From Podarcis tiliguerta (taxonomy: Eukaryota): DNA of 64,000 bases. The translations under genes were made by a program, and so were the position numbers. How positions within the stretch are numbered: the stretch's first letter is position 1; every line of letters begins with the position of its first letter. The stretch lies in NCBI GenBank assembly GCA_965153285.1, contig OZ229111.1; one strand, given 5' to 3'. Positions 40,075 through 52,050 of the stretch are shown here, piece after piece. The notes below the pieces were generated by a model. It searched no databases. It saw only the letters and a list, made by a program, of their open reading frames with translations, and had not been told where the DNA came from.

Positions 40075-40520
40075 CAGTGGTTCTCAAACTTAATCCTTTC
40101 TGGAAATCCGTTCCAAAACCAAGGCATGCTTTTCCATAGAAAGTAATGCAAAATGGATTAATCCGTTCCAGACTTTTAAAAACAACCCCTAAAACAGCAA
40201 TTTAACATGAATTTTACTATCTAATGAGACCACTGATCCATAAAGTGAAAGCAATAAACAATGTACTGCAGTCGCATAATCAATCAATCAGTAGCTGAAC
40301 TGGGTTCCACACAGTCACAAAAGCAAACAAAAAAAGAGCCACAAAAAGGCAAAATAAACAGCAAAAACAGACAGACCTCAGCATAACACTCAGAACGGAA
40401 TCATAACGCTCAAAACAGAGCATGTTCAGCTTCCAAAAAAAAAGTTTGCAAACCGGAACACTAACTTCTGGGTTTGTAGTGTTTTGAGTACCAAGACGAT
40501 TGAGAACCAAGGTACCACTC
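40075..40520. mobile_element. Tc1/mariner (Tigger-like) non-autonomous element
   Basis: TA|cagtgg...aaccaaggtaccactc|TA; shares gtttgcaaaccggaacact with the 34614 element. Confidence 0.8.
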
Positions 40521-40665
40521 TATTTTCAATTTCTCCTGAAAACCCAGAAATTGTTTTTGTTTTAAATCTTTGCTAAAAGTGTAGACACCAACATGTCTTC
40601 CCTGTATAAACATCAAGCAAGCTATCCTTACCTTGTAATAGTCACTTTTCTCCCCTTTCCTATAG

Positions 40666-40736
40666 TTCCTGAAGTCACTCCAGCTAATGTCAGTGGAGGT
40701 GGTGGTACCAAGTCTGAGTTGGTCATAACCTGGGAG
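40666..40736 (+). CDS. CNTN4: Contactin-4 coding exon (FN3-2 start: [24 protein letters not shown])
   Basis: ttcctatag|TT CCT ... TGG GAG|gtaagt; 71 bp; not in the ORF track. Confidence 0.95.
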
Positions 40737-41969
40737 GTAAGTGAGCTGTGAATTCACGGGGCAAGAAAGGGGAGGGAAATGAACCGTCTCCCTTTTTGTG
40801 CCAAACCTACGAGAGACTGACTTGAGGGTGTTGAATCAGGCAGCATTTTGCGAAGGGATATAGTATTGTTATAAATAATACGCCAGTCCTGTCTGCCTCC
40901 ACTCCAGATGTGAAGAGGGAAACAAGATCTCTGAATGGGCTGCAGGGCTGAAACATGGCAAGTAAGGAAAAGCGCAGGGCAGAGACAGCACACCCTTGCG
41001 ACATACCCAGACTGGTTTTGGAATTGTTCTCTCTTCCCAGTGTAAAACGTAAGAAGACGTTTTAGAAGAAGGGAATGGGTTAGGGTTCTCCAACAAAGAA
41101 TTCTCACCAAATTATAATTTTGGGGGGAAGAGAAAGCATGCATAATATACATGTTTGCCTTACCTGCTGAGCAATTTCAAACAGATCCTGTGGGTTACAG
41201 TCAGGAAAAGTACTCTAATTTCTGACTTGCATTTTCCACATCCTTACAGAAGGAAAAATGCATGGATTGCTTGACAAGCACGTTGTTGCTTCCGAGATGT
41301 ACTAGAAGGCAATCCATTTGTTTTCCAATACTTGTGTCATTCCTTAATGTGCTGAAGTTCACCCTTCCTGGAATTAATTAGTTTTGCTCCATGCCTTCAA
41401 CAAAAACAATGTTTAAAAATGTACAGTGTCTAAACTATAACCCATAATTTTCAAGAAGTATAAATCGGAGATATTTAAGATCTCCCCCTCCATGAGAACG
41501 CATAAGAATGGAGAAAACCATGTTGCTCTTCCAATTCAAATACAACACTTGAGCACATGCTAATCCAATTGGTTTCAGCCGAACTTGAGAACGTGCTTAA
41601 GTGGCGTTCTGAATACAGACATTTCCTAGAATGCGGTTTTTCATTTCTTTAGCTTCCTTCCTAAAGCTTAAAAGATGCAAGACTAGATAATTGCAGTATG
41701 TGCACCAGTGACCTGGTGGTGATGTGACTGGTTCTGACATCAGACAGCATTTGCCTGCTAGTCTGCATCCCACTTCAACATGCACTCCCTGCCACAAAGA
41801 AGTTCACAGCATACTTAAAGTAGGTCGTGCCCTTTTGCTTCAAAACTAGCTACTTGCTGCATCTGGTAAGGTAGGAACAGCACACAAGGGAACAGAGAGG
41901 GACATTGGTAAAAGTCATGGAGAGTCTTTGTGGTGTAGTAATCTAACCACTTTATAATCATTGCATTTA

Positions 41970-42326
41970 AGGTAAAGGTACCCCTGCCCGTACGGGCCAG
42001 TCTTGACAGACTCTAGGGTTGTGCGCCCATCTCACTCAAAGAGGCCAAGGGCCAGCGCTGTCCGAAGACACTTCCGGGTCACGTGGCCAGCGTGACATCG
42101 CTGCTCTGGCGAGCCAGAGCTGCACACGGAAATGCCGTTTACCTTCCCGCTAGTAAGCGGTCCCTATTTATCTACTTGCACCCAGGGGTGCTTTCGAACT
42201 GCTAGGTTGGCAGGCGCTGGGACCGAACAGCGGGAGCGCACCCCGCCACGGGGATTCGAACCGCCGACCTTTCAATCGGCAAGCCCTAGGCACTGAGGCA
42301 TTTACCCACAGCGCCACCCGCGTCCC
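41970..42326 (-). mobile_element. Full-length Sauria SINE, distinct subfamily
   Basis: 14-bp TSD aatcattgcattta at 41956-41969 and 42327-42340; many CpGs retained, suggesting a young copy. Confidence 0.93.
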
Positions 42327-43468
42327 AATCATTGCATTTACTGCCTCTAAAAAAAAGAGGAACTGGGGGTTGATATGAAATGCTTCAATTGTAGTTTTCA
42401 AACTCAAATGGGTTCTTCAAGCTAAGAAGCTTCACTCCAGTTATATTAATGCATTGTGATTTTAAAATTTTATATTGTAAAGTAAACTTACGTTGTGTGA
42501 TTTTGAGGAATGTCTTACTTCCGCCCTCTGTTGTTCATTGTTAAGGCCTTTGGATATATACAATACTATAGATTGAATTGACTATTTACATGATTAGTTA
42601 ATAGCGGACAGCCGAGTGAGGCAATTGGTCCATTTTTATGAGTCCTTGCTTGTTGTACAGTTAAGTTGTGAACATTCTATTGTACACCCAGTTTTGGCAA
42701 TATCCCATGCAACTGAAAGTGCCAGTGTGGATTTAAAACTGTGGTTCCTATAGAATACAAAGGGGTAGGACTGGAAAATTTCAGACACTTGCTTTTCTTA
42801 ACTGCGACACTAGGGTTTTTAAGAAGTCGGAAACTCTCTGTAACCTCTGCAAAGAAGCGTTTATTATATGCTTGTACACCACATTCCTACACTGATTTCC
42901 CCAGAGTTGTTAAAACCCATTTCCTTTCCCACTACACAAATATTAGAGCATCTCACTCATAACATGTTTATGACTCAGATCTAAAGGAAGTGGCAAACAC
43001 AGCTTATAAAGTGGCTTCTTGTTTATTAGTGAAGACTGTGGTAGCAAAAACAGAAAGTAAATCTCCAGATGGATGTGTAATTCTGTCCTTATTTGGATTT
43101 AAGTCCATTTAGATAAATTCAGATTCTAAGAGCTGCCTTGCAGATGGCATTTACATGCTTCAGCTTTGATTATTAGCTGTCCATAATATCTAGGCTGCAG
43201 TTGGTTCTTCTTCTTCTGCTATTTTTAATAAGTCATGTTTTCATGGGCGCAAATAGACCATAAAAACCACATCAGATAGCTGGAACAAATTAGCACAGAA
43301 ACATAAAATGCTTTTCAAGTTGAGTGTTTAATTTCCTCTGCCAGAGAGTGTATTTCCAAATTGCACTATATGGATCCGTTAAATTTCTTGGAGACCATTT
43401 TTATTGTGCCTCTTTGTAAATTCATCCTACACATCAGACTGTTCCCATTATTTCTTTTCTTGTTGTAG

Positions 43469-43703
43469 ACAGTGCCTGAAGAGTTACAAAATGGAGGTGG
43501 GTTTGGTTACGTGGTTGCCTTCCGCCCCGTTGGTACAATAAGTTGGATGCAGACGGTAGTGGTTTCTCCCGATGCCTCCAGATACGTGTTCCGGAATGAG
43601 AGTTTACCGCCGTTTTCTCCATATGAAGTCAAAGTAGGGGTGTACAACAACAAAGGAGAAGGTTCTTTCAGCCCCGTCACAATTGTTTATTCAGCTGATG
43701 AAG
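43469..43703 (+). CDS. CNTN4: Contactin-4 coding exon (FN3-2: [20 protein letters not shown]...VTIVYSADE)
   Basis: ttgttgtag|ACA GTG ... GAA G|gtaaag; 235 bp. Confidence 0.96.
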
Positions 43704-44715
43704 GTAAAGTCCAGCCTAGTAATCTATTTAATGTGACAAGTTGGTCATTTACGGAAGGCATCTATATATTATTAGCACATTCTACTGATGTCCAGGTCTG
43801 CTTACAATAAATAAGCATGTGTCCAGCTTTGGAATATATTCTTCTCTAAATTAGTAATAATCATATTAACAGTAATATTGTGCATCAAGAAGAATTAGGT
43901 CATTCATTTAAGTTGCCATTTCTGTCTAAACACTTTGCAAACTTAATTTCTAATTTTGATATTTAATGGCACTGTGCAATTTTATTCATTCATTCATTTG
44001 TCCGTTCAAGAATTTATACCCAGCTCTTCAGCTGGAAAGGATTACAGAATGGTTTAAGTATATATAAATACAACATACCCTGCCACGAGGTTTACAGTCT
44101 AAAAATGCATGACATAAAAGGAGAGTGGAAATGCATGACATTAAAGAGGGAAATGAGAAAACTCGGGCTCAATTCTTGATGATATATAGTTTTTATAATG
44201 ACCCGCTTGCATAGCAACAAGCTGCTCACAATCGACCCAGCCTTCCTGGAAAGGTCCCTAATGCAGCCAGAAATTGTTAACCTTATAGGGAGACTTGGCC
44301 TACTGGAGCCTAGCTTGGATCTTCCAGCTTCTTGCCGCTCTCGTGGCAGCAGGTAGGCTCACAGGTTGATGCTCTCAGCCTGAGAGCAGTGGTCCTCCTG
44401 CTGCCTTTTGTCACAAGCAATTGGCACTAAAATCTCCAGGAGAGAGAAGAGGATCCTGGCCTAGCAGGGAGCGGAGAGGACTGTCCCTTCTCGTCTGCTG
44501 TGTCATTTCTTCCTCACAGGGTAGTTGGGGCTCTATCAGGATTGCAGTATGTCCAGTACCAGGCTTTGATCTTGAGTTTAACTCTACTCTGAGATTATAC
44601 TAGGGACGCAACAACGCATCTTATCTGTTTGCAATACATAACAAGGATTTTGATGGTTTCCATTACATGCATGTCTTCTCTGAAGGAATGTACTAATATT
44701 TAGCAGGAATGAATA

Positions 44716-44937
44716 CAGTGGGACCTTGGTTTAAGAACAGTCCTGTTTATGAATGATTTAGTTTACGAACTCCGCAAAACCGGAAGTAATGTCCCGGTTT
44801 GTGAACTTTACCTCAGTCTAAGAATGGAATCCAAACGGTGGAAAGGCACCGGCAGTGGGAGGCCTCATTAGGGAAAGTGCGCCTCGGTTTAAGAACGGTT
44901 TCGGAACGGATTAAGTTTGTAAACTGAGGTCCCACTG
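44716..44937. mobile_element. Tc1/mariner (Tigger-like) MITE
   Basis: TA|cagtgggaccttggttta...aaactgaggtcccactg|TA. Confidence 0.87.
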
Positions 44938-46635
44938 TATCCTCCAATTGGAAACTCCTCTGATTTATCTTAAGTGTTATCAGTACATGGCACACTGAAT
45001 AAATTTAGGAAAGAAATCTTTTCATGAATTATTTGTTGCAGAATAGATATTCCACACAAAAGAAAGGGCCAAAGCTCAGTTGTAGAGCATGACATTTACA
45101 GGTTTCATATATGCAAAGACCCAAATCCAATCACTGCTATCTCAAATTAAATGGCCTTGGGTAATAATGCTTAGGAAAGGCCTTTGCTTAAGATGCTGGA
45201 GAGCTGCTGCCAGGCAGGTTTGAAAATGTGGAGCTTAACAGGCTTATAGCTGGATACAGTCATCAGTCGCTGGCCCTCTTATAACTTCCACATGCAGACA
45301 ATTCTTCATGAGCAGAGGCTACATGCATACAAGCTGTGTGCACATTGATGTTGCATCTATCCCACACAATTGTGGGATAGATTGTACAGACTGGGCACAG
45401 ACTGCCTCTGGGCACATAGAACTACCAACTCAGGTCTGCCACCACAATGCTGGCTCTCCCTTCACCTACTGATTATACACAATCCGTTTAACAGCTGAAT
45501 CAGGTCTCCATAGCAGGTATGCCATGGGTGGGGGACCTAATTAGGCCCATCATGCCTCCCCATTTGACCCGAGAGGCCGTTTCAGCTAGGGGTGGGGCCT
45601 CTAAGGGCAGGGCTCAGCCTAAAGGATGCTTGCAGGCACCACCAATCAGTGGTGCCTGCAAAACCCCTTCCAAAATGCAAGGCAAAATAGCACTTCTTAA
45701 AGCTCTGTTCTCCACAGCGCTTTGAATGGTGCTTGTGAAGATTTGAGAACAACCGTCAGCTTTTCAAAAGCCCTGTTCAAAGCACTGCAGAACATTGCAG
45801 GCCCAAAGGTTGCATGATGTCCAGTGATTGACAGGTGAGCAGCCTACTCAGCTGTCAAACGTAGCCCAGGAGGGGTGAGGAGATAATGCTCTGGCCCACT
45901 TGGCTACAAAGGTTCCTTACCCCAATGTGTACAGACACATGCAAGCCACCCTATCCTATCTTATTCCTGGGCTGTTCTTCTTCAGCTCCTCCCTTCATAC
46001 AAACCTAGGGATGCTCAAGACATAATCATCACACTCTGGTTCACTGGCTGTTCCTTCTGGAGAACAGGAAATTATATCTCTTCATGATGATATTATTATG
46101 TCATATGCTGAGTATCACTTTGTATTGCTGCGGGGTTGGGGGGTGGGGGAGATGGAGAATTCTTCCAATGTCCTGTTTATTGAGCATTCACCCCAACTTG
46201 CTGGCAAAGAATTTGCACAGAGGTATTACAACATCATTGTTAGTTGGCCATTCATTCTGCTTTGTTTATGGAGTGGCTAAGTGACACAATTATCCCATAC
46301 TTTACATTGCATTTTTCTAGCACCACAAGAAATTGAGGGACTTTTTAATTTTATCTTATTGCACAAGAGCACCAAATTCATGTTATTTCTGCAACCTATC
46401 AAAAACATGCATTCCTCCCAAATGGTGAAATTCTGATGCTAGTCATGGGCTTGTTGTTTTGTTGGCAGACCAACATTTGTAGTAATGTCTAATTTATATC
46501 TGAGGGTGAGATAGAGTGACTTGCCTTAAGGCATCCACAGAGTCAAAGCTGACTTTATCCATTGGTTAGGTAGGATGAAGAATAGCTATGACCACAAAGG
46601 TGAATCTACATCTAACCACTGTTTCTTCTTTTTAG

Positions 46636-46751
46636 AACCCACCAGAGCTCCAACCCATGTCTTTGCCAAAAGCCTTTCTGCTTCAGAAGTACAAGTATTT
46701 TGGACCTTGCTCCCAGAGACCCAGAGCAAAGGAAGGATACAGGGCTACGAG
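46636..46751 (+). CDS. CNTN4: Contactin-4 coding exon (FN3-3 start: EPTRAPTHVFAKSLSASEVQVFWTLLPETQSKGRIQGYE)
   Basis: cttttttag|AA CCC ... TAC GAG|gtaaga; 116 bp. Confidence 0.95.
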
Positions 46752-47962
46752 GTAAGAACGTAAAGGACATAATTAGCCTGAAACAATCCTTGTTTAGTCT
46801 GAAACGGTCTTATGTGCACAAATAATTTGTTTTAAACTGAAAATCTCCCTTCCCTCCTCCCTCGTAACAATGCACTTAAGCATATGCTAACCCACTTGGT
46901 ATCAATGAACAGTAATAACAATGCAAGGTGGAAGCCCTCATGCAGGCCTTAAGTTTCTGCAAATTCCATGAACTATCAGCTATTTGCTCCACCATATAGT
47001 AAGAAATACACAACACGCAGTCACAGTGCAAGCCTAAATGCCAGTTTATTGTGCATATTATATTTTAGATGTCTTTCTTCTTTAATACAAGATTTAAAGT
47101 CATAGAACTAGAAATAAAAATAGGGAAAGGCTCCTGTTAGGGAACCCCTCCTTTGGACCTGTGAAGAACACAACATTAACATCAATGCAGTTAAGTGGAA
47201 TGTTAAAACCTGCGGGTATAGGGCAGTATATAAATGTCATAAACTATTATTATCATTATTAAGGGTTATAAACATGCCCATCAATGAGACTACTGCAGTG
47301 GTCAGATGTGCTGACTGCTGGTTTCAGGCATGGAAGGGTTATCTTGAAACAGTGCAGCCTCTTGAAATAAAGGCAATGGCAGGATTTGTGGAGAGCTGCT
47401 AAAGCAAAAATCCAGACAAAGATACTGTAAACGCTTCCAAGAACGAAGTCATGTCAATTCTTTTTTTCTATAGTAAAGGTTGTATGATATTGAGACTTTT
47501 ACGTCATTTCACACACAAACAACAACAACACGGGAATGTGGCACCCCTGTTTCAGAGAAAAAATCCTAGGCCCTCCGTTTACCACTAGCTTCAATCAATG
47601 CAGCTTTGAACCAATATCAACCACAAGATGCCAAGTGACTGTGGCAGATTAGAGCCTTCCATCTGGGCAGAACCTGAAATAATTGAGCTATGGCATTTGA
47701 TTGGCCCAAAGCAGGATTGGCTCAATGAGAGATTTGTCTACTATTTAAATGGGAAGCAAAGAAACCTAACACGGAATTGAATGGAATGGAATAGAAAACT
47801 GCATGATAGAAACTTGGGTCAGACACAGATTTTGTAGAGCAAATCTTACTCTGTGGCGGGAATGTATGAAGGTTTGCCGGGTTGTTCTAAGCTACTTCAA
47901 ATTGTAAAGTGGCTATTCAGATGTGGAGTTTAAATATGAAAGCCTGTGTTTCATTTGTGCAG

Positions 47963-48149
47963 GTTAGATACTGGAGGCATGGGGATAAGGAAGAGCAGGC
48001 TGGAAGAATCAGAACGGCTACCAATCAGACCTTTGCAAAAGTCACCAGCTTGAAAGGCAATGTTTTGTACCACATGGCTGTCAAAGCTTACAACACAGCA
48101 GGAATGGGACCTTCCAGTCCAATAGTCAACGTGACAACTAAAAAGCCAC
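47963..48149 (+). CDS. CNTN4: Contactin-4 coding exon (FN3-3: [18 protein letters not shown]...[10 protein letters not shown])
   Basis: ttgtgcag|GTT AGA ... CCA C|gtgagt; 187 bp. Confidence 0.96.
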
Positions 48150-48548
48150 GTGAGTGTGGGGGGAGCACTTTTTCCTTTTTTTGCTACATGGTACTACTCT
48201 GTGCTGCATTTTTGAGTGCCCACAGTATTCCAGCATCCCTAATTTTATTAACTGGAACACAGAAAACTGCAATCTTTGCTGGGCACAAAATAAAAATATT
48301 TGTCTTTCTGTTCAGTGCAAGGACTTCCTCTACTTGTCACCAGTGCACTGAATTTCCATCTGATTCCCTTTTTCATCCATAATACTTGGTCATGTCAGCT
48401 CTGCTGCTGACTTGGAATACACGTTTTCCAGGAGCTCTTGAACTAAGCAAATGTAAGAGTTCACTAAGAACCTCTCATAAACTATACTGAAAGAGGAAGG
48501 AAAACTTTGCTGCTTAATAACATTCACTCTCCTTCACTTTGAATTTAG

Positions 48549-48661
48549 CACCAAGTCAACCCCCTGGAAACATCATTTGGAATTCATCGGACTCTAAGAT
48601 TATACTGAACTGGGATCAAGTAAAAGCACAGAATAATGAATCTGAGGTGAAAGGATATAAA
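48549..48661 (+). CDS. CNTN4: Contactin-4 coding exon (FN3-4 start: [38 protein letters not shown])
   Basis: gaatttag|CA CCA ... TAT AAA|gtacgt; 113 bp; not in the ORF track. Confidence 0.95.
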
Positions 48662-49727
48662 GTACGTAATGGGCAGTGAAACTTATTTTCCATTGTTATG
48701 AGACATTAAGCAGTACCACTGTATTGAACTAACTAACTTCTGAATGAACTGTGAAAATTTACGTTTTTCAGTGGGATCTGAAATTGGCATAAACTTCACG
48801 TGGGCTATGATCTAAACAACTTTAATAATGTTCTGTAGACTTCAGTGATATCAGTAAATATGCAGTGCATATTATGGGGATGATAATCTAATAAACCAGG
48901 ACTATTTTTCACCAGCAACTCCAATGACATTAAAGCATCACCCAGACTGATCAAGAACTTACAACCAGTGCCTCTGAGAGGCACAGGTTTTAAATGATTC
49001 AAAATGCAGGGGCCTAATCCCAGGACAAAATACACCACTAGCACTTGCACCAATGTAGGCTTACCTAGCTTTCTCCTCCTACTCAGCACCTTATGCCTGT
49101 TTGGAGCACCCCCCCCCCCATTTCATTTCATAAAATTTATATACTGTTCGATTGTAGAAAGAACCACAAAGCATGAGCTTAATGCTTTGCTGCCTAGGCT
49201 CATGAGATATTACTGATGTCTACAGTGCTGCAAGTAGCAAGGGAGTTGTTCAACCTGTTGACTTGGGTGGAATTCTGCTTAATATTTCAATCCACTTGCC
49301 TGGCTGCCTTTCCACCCTTATCTGATACAGGCAAGGTCTTGCATGGGGAGCTTGAGTTGTTGCAGCCATTGTGATACTGGTGCAACAGCAGCTTCTCGGC
49401 ATGGAGGTGATGTATTGGCATTTGCACATCATAAGACATGAAATTTTTGGTGCAATTCTACCAAGTATTTTGATCTCAAGGAGAGCAGAGCTACATGAAC
49501 AGCTCTGACTTCACAAAACCAACGAGAGAATGAATGTAATGCATCCTAATGCTCAAGAAGCCACACGACTTTTCAAAAGCAAAGGCATATATTTTCTCTA
49601 GGGACTATAAGAGTTGATTAGCTATTAATATAAGTCCTAGAAATAGAAGCAACTTCTATAGAAAATCTAAGGCTCTTGCTTTTTCCCCTTCCTTTCTTTC
49701 TTCCCCTTGGCTAAAAATACGGTCTAG

Positions 49728-49896
49728 GTTTTATACAGATGGAATAGACAAAGCAGCACATCTGTTATAGAAACTAACAAAACATCTGTGGAGCTTTCGC
49801 TGCCTTTTGATGAAGATTACATCATAGAAATAAAGCCATTCAGTGATGGAGGAGATGGCAGTAGCAGCGAGCAGATCCGAATTCCAAAGATATCAA
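49728..49896 (+). CDS. CNTN4: Contactin-4 coding exon (FN3-4: [56 protein letters not shown])
   Basis: ggtctag|GTT TTA ... TCA A|gtaaga; 169 bp; sequence matches recalled CNTN4 rather than CNTN3/5/6. Confidence 0.96.
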
Positions 49897-50152
49897 GTAA
49901 GAGCCCTTGTTGTTCTTCACCATGTGAGGGTACTTCAGTCTCCCCACCCATGAATGATCCAGGGCTGAATTTGTTTCTCTGTGCATAGAACTTTACTACA
50001 GAGTGCTTTTAAAATGTAATAAATAGTGCCAGGGAAGTATCTTACTATACTAAAGTTTTGTTAATGATTCTTCTGTCACCCATATGACGGTATTCAGAAT
50101 TCTTCAGTTTTGTAAATTATATATCTGTATCATGGCCATTAATTAGCCAGAG

Positions 50153-50566
50153 AAGGGCTGGCCCACCCATAAGGCAAGATGAGACAACCGCCTCAGGCAG
50201 CAGATCCAGCCCCCAAGGAATGCATTGCCCACTGACACACATTACTTGCGAGGCTGTAACTGCTACATCCTCAGGAGCATCCCCCATGACGCCTCTACAG
50301 CGGTCTTTTGGGAAATAGGAGGCCCTGATCTCCTCCCACCCAAAGAAAGAAATGACACAGGCTGCCCTCTGGGCTCTGCTCCCACCCAGAGTGATTCAGA
50401 GTACGCCCCCTCGCCTTGCAATGGCCTTTGATTGCCACTTTAATGGTCTGGTAAAGTTAAACTGATGCTCCCCAGCCCCTCTTGTTCCTGATGCAGATCT
50501 TACCAAGTAGGGAGGATGGCATTTTGGGGTTCATCTCAGGTGCCAAAATGTCTTGGGCTGACCCTG
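50153..50566. mobile_element. Degenerate hAT-like non-autonomous element
   Basis: agggctggccca...tgggctgaccctg termini around a GC-richer block. Confidence 0.5.
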
Positions 50567-51108
50567 GCAATGAATGAAATTTTCTTTAGTTAGAACAGAA
50601 GGTGCCTTTCTCAGTTTTGTAACTGTCTTCTTTGAATAAACTCTTGCAAAAGAAAAGAAAAAGCCCTCCTTTTCTGCTTAATGGTTTTTCAATCCTAATG
50701 GGAGATTCTTTTTATATAGGCATTTTCAGTTGTGTGACCAAACAAAGCACTAGAATTTATCCCTCTGTGCACCTAAAATGACAGGAAATTGTCCGTGCAA
50801 AAGTGGAGTTGTGTTAAAGGTTATTTGTGGCATTGCAGTAGTTTTCCTGCAGGCACATAACAAGTACTAAGTCAGGAGCAAAAGAATAGGCTTGCTTTAG
50901 TCATTAGCTCTACTACCCACAACACAGAGCACAACAGGTTTATATAGGGCTCCCATGTACACTAGGGTTTTTCCATTCACATAACAGTATTTTATTATTA
51001 TTGTTACCAAAAATTCTTGTGACAACTTAAAATGCCAGCAAATGTATTATGGAGACCTGGGTACAAATTCTTACATGGCCAAGAACCTCATTGAGTGTGA
51101 CCTTGGAC

Positions 51109-51207
51109 TAGAGATGGGAAGGCCTGGAAAAACCCCCAGAAAAAAGGGAAAAAAGAATGCACCCCCCCCCTCAGTTTTCCAGTTTTTTCCAGGCCTTCAC
51201 ATCTCTA
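51109..51207. mobile_element. 99-bp hAT MITE nested in an old MIR-like SINE (~51050-51320)
   Basis: TIR tagagatg(g/t)gaaggcctggaaaaa; TSD ccttggac/ctttggac. Confidence 0.85.
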
Positions 51208-51635
51208 CTTTGGACTAGTCTCTCAGCATATGTACCACACAAGGTGGCTGTGAGGCTAAAGATAGGGGGAAACCATGTAAACCACCTTGAGCTCTTTGGC
51301 GGGTAGGCAGGATATAAATGCAGGAAACACATGTCAAAACACTTCTGTGCATGTGGAGCTGCCACCGCATTACAGTGGAATTGGGAATACTTTTATGCAG
51401 AATTTTCGCATGCACACTGAAACTCTGGACTAGAGCCCCAATCCCTGTTTTCCCTTCCTGCTACTTAGCATTTCTGTCAATATAAAAGCTTTCCATTTGA
51501 ATCCTGTGCCAAAGTAATTCTTTCATGTTACTGAATGCAGGAGCAGCATAAAAGGGAGGCGAGTTATGTCACTTGTTCATGTATGTCAAGCTGGAAGAAA
51601 ACCTTGTGATTTCTTTTTTCTTCTTCTCCTCCTAG

Positions 51636-51736
51636 ATGCCTATGTGAGAGGGTCGGGCGCTTCTACTTCAAATGCTTGTACGTTGTCAGCCATCAGCACA
51701 ATAATGATTTCCCTCACAGCTAGATCAAGTTTATGA
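51636..51736 (+). CDS. CNTN4: Contactin-4 last coding exon (GPI-anchor signal: [33 protein letters not shown])
   Basis: ctcctcctag|AT GCC; stop TGA at 51734-51736; ends in TARSSL like recalled CNTN4. Confidence 0.96.
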
Positions 51737-51862
51737 CAAAAAATATCTAAAGGACTTCCTGTTTATAATATAACTAAGCAACATTTAGCTAGTTGTTTTG
51801 AAGACACCCAGTACTAAGTAATATTGTTGTTCGAGTACATCTTACTACTGGAAAAAAAATGT

Positions 51863-52050
51863 NNNNNNNNNNNNNNNNNNNNNNNNNNNNNNNNNNNNNN
51901 NNNNNNNNNNNNNNNNNNNNNNNNNNNNNNNNNNNNNNNNNNNNNNNNNNNNNNNNNNNNNNNNNNNNNNNNNNNNNNNNNNNNNNNNNNNNNNNNNNNN
52001 NNNNNNNNNNNNNNNNNNNNNNNNNNNNNNNNNNNNNNNNNNNNNNNNNN
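51863..52050. other. Assembly gap (188 N) inside the CNTN4 3'UTR
   Basis: Run of N. Confidence 1.

Noticed and set aside
25574-51736. Alternative identity as CNTN3, CNTN5 or CNTN6
   Set aside because: FN3-4 and the C-terminus ([20 protein letters not shown]...LTARSSL) match recalled CNTN4 specifically
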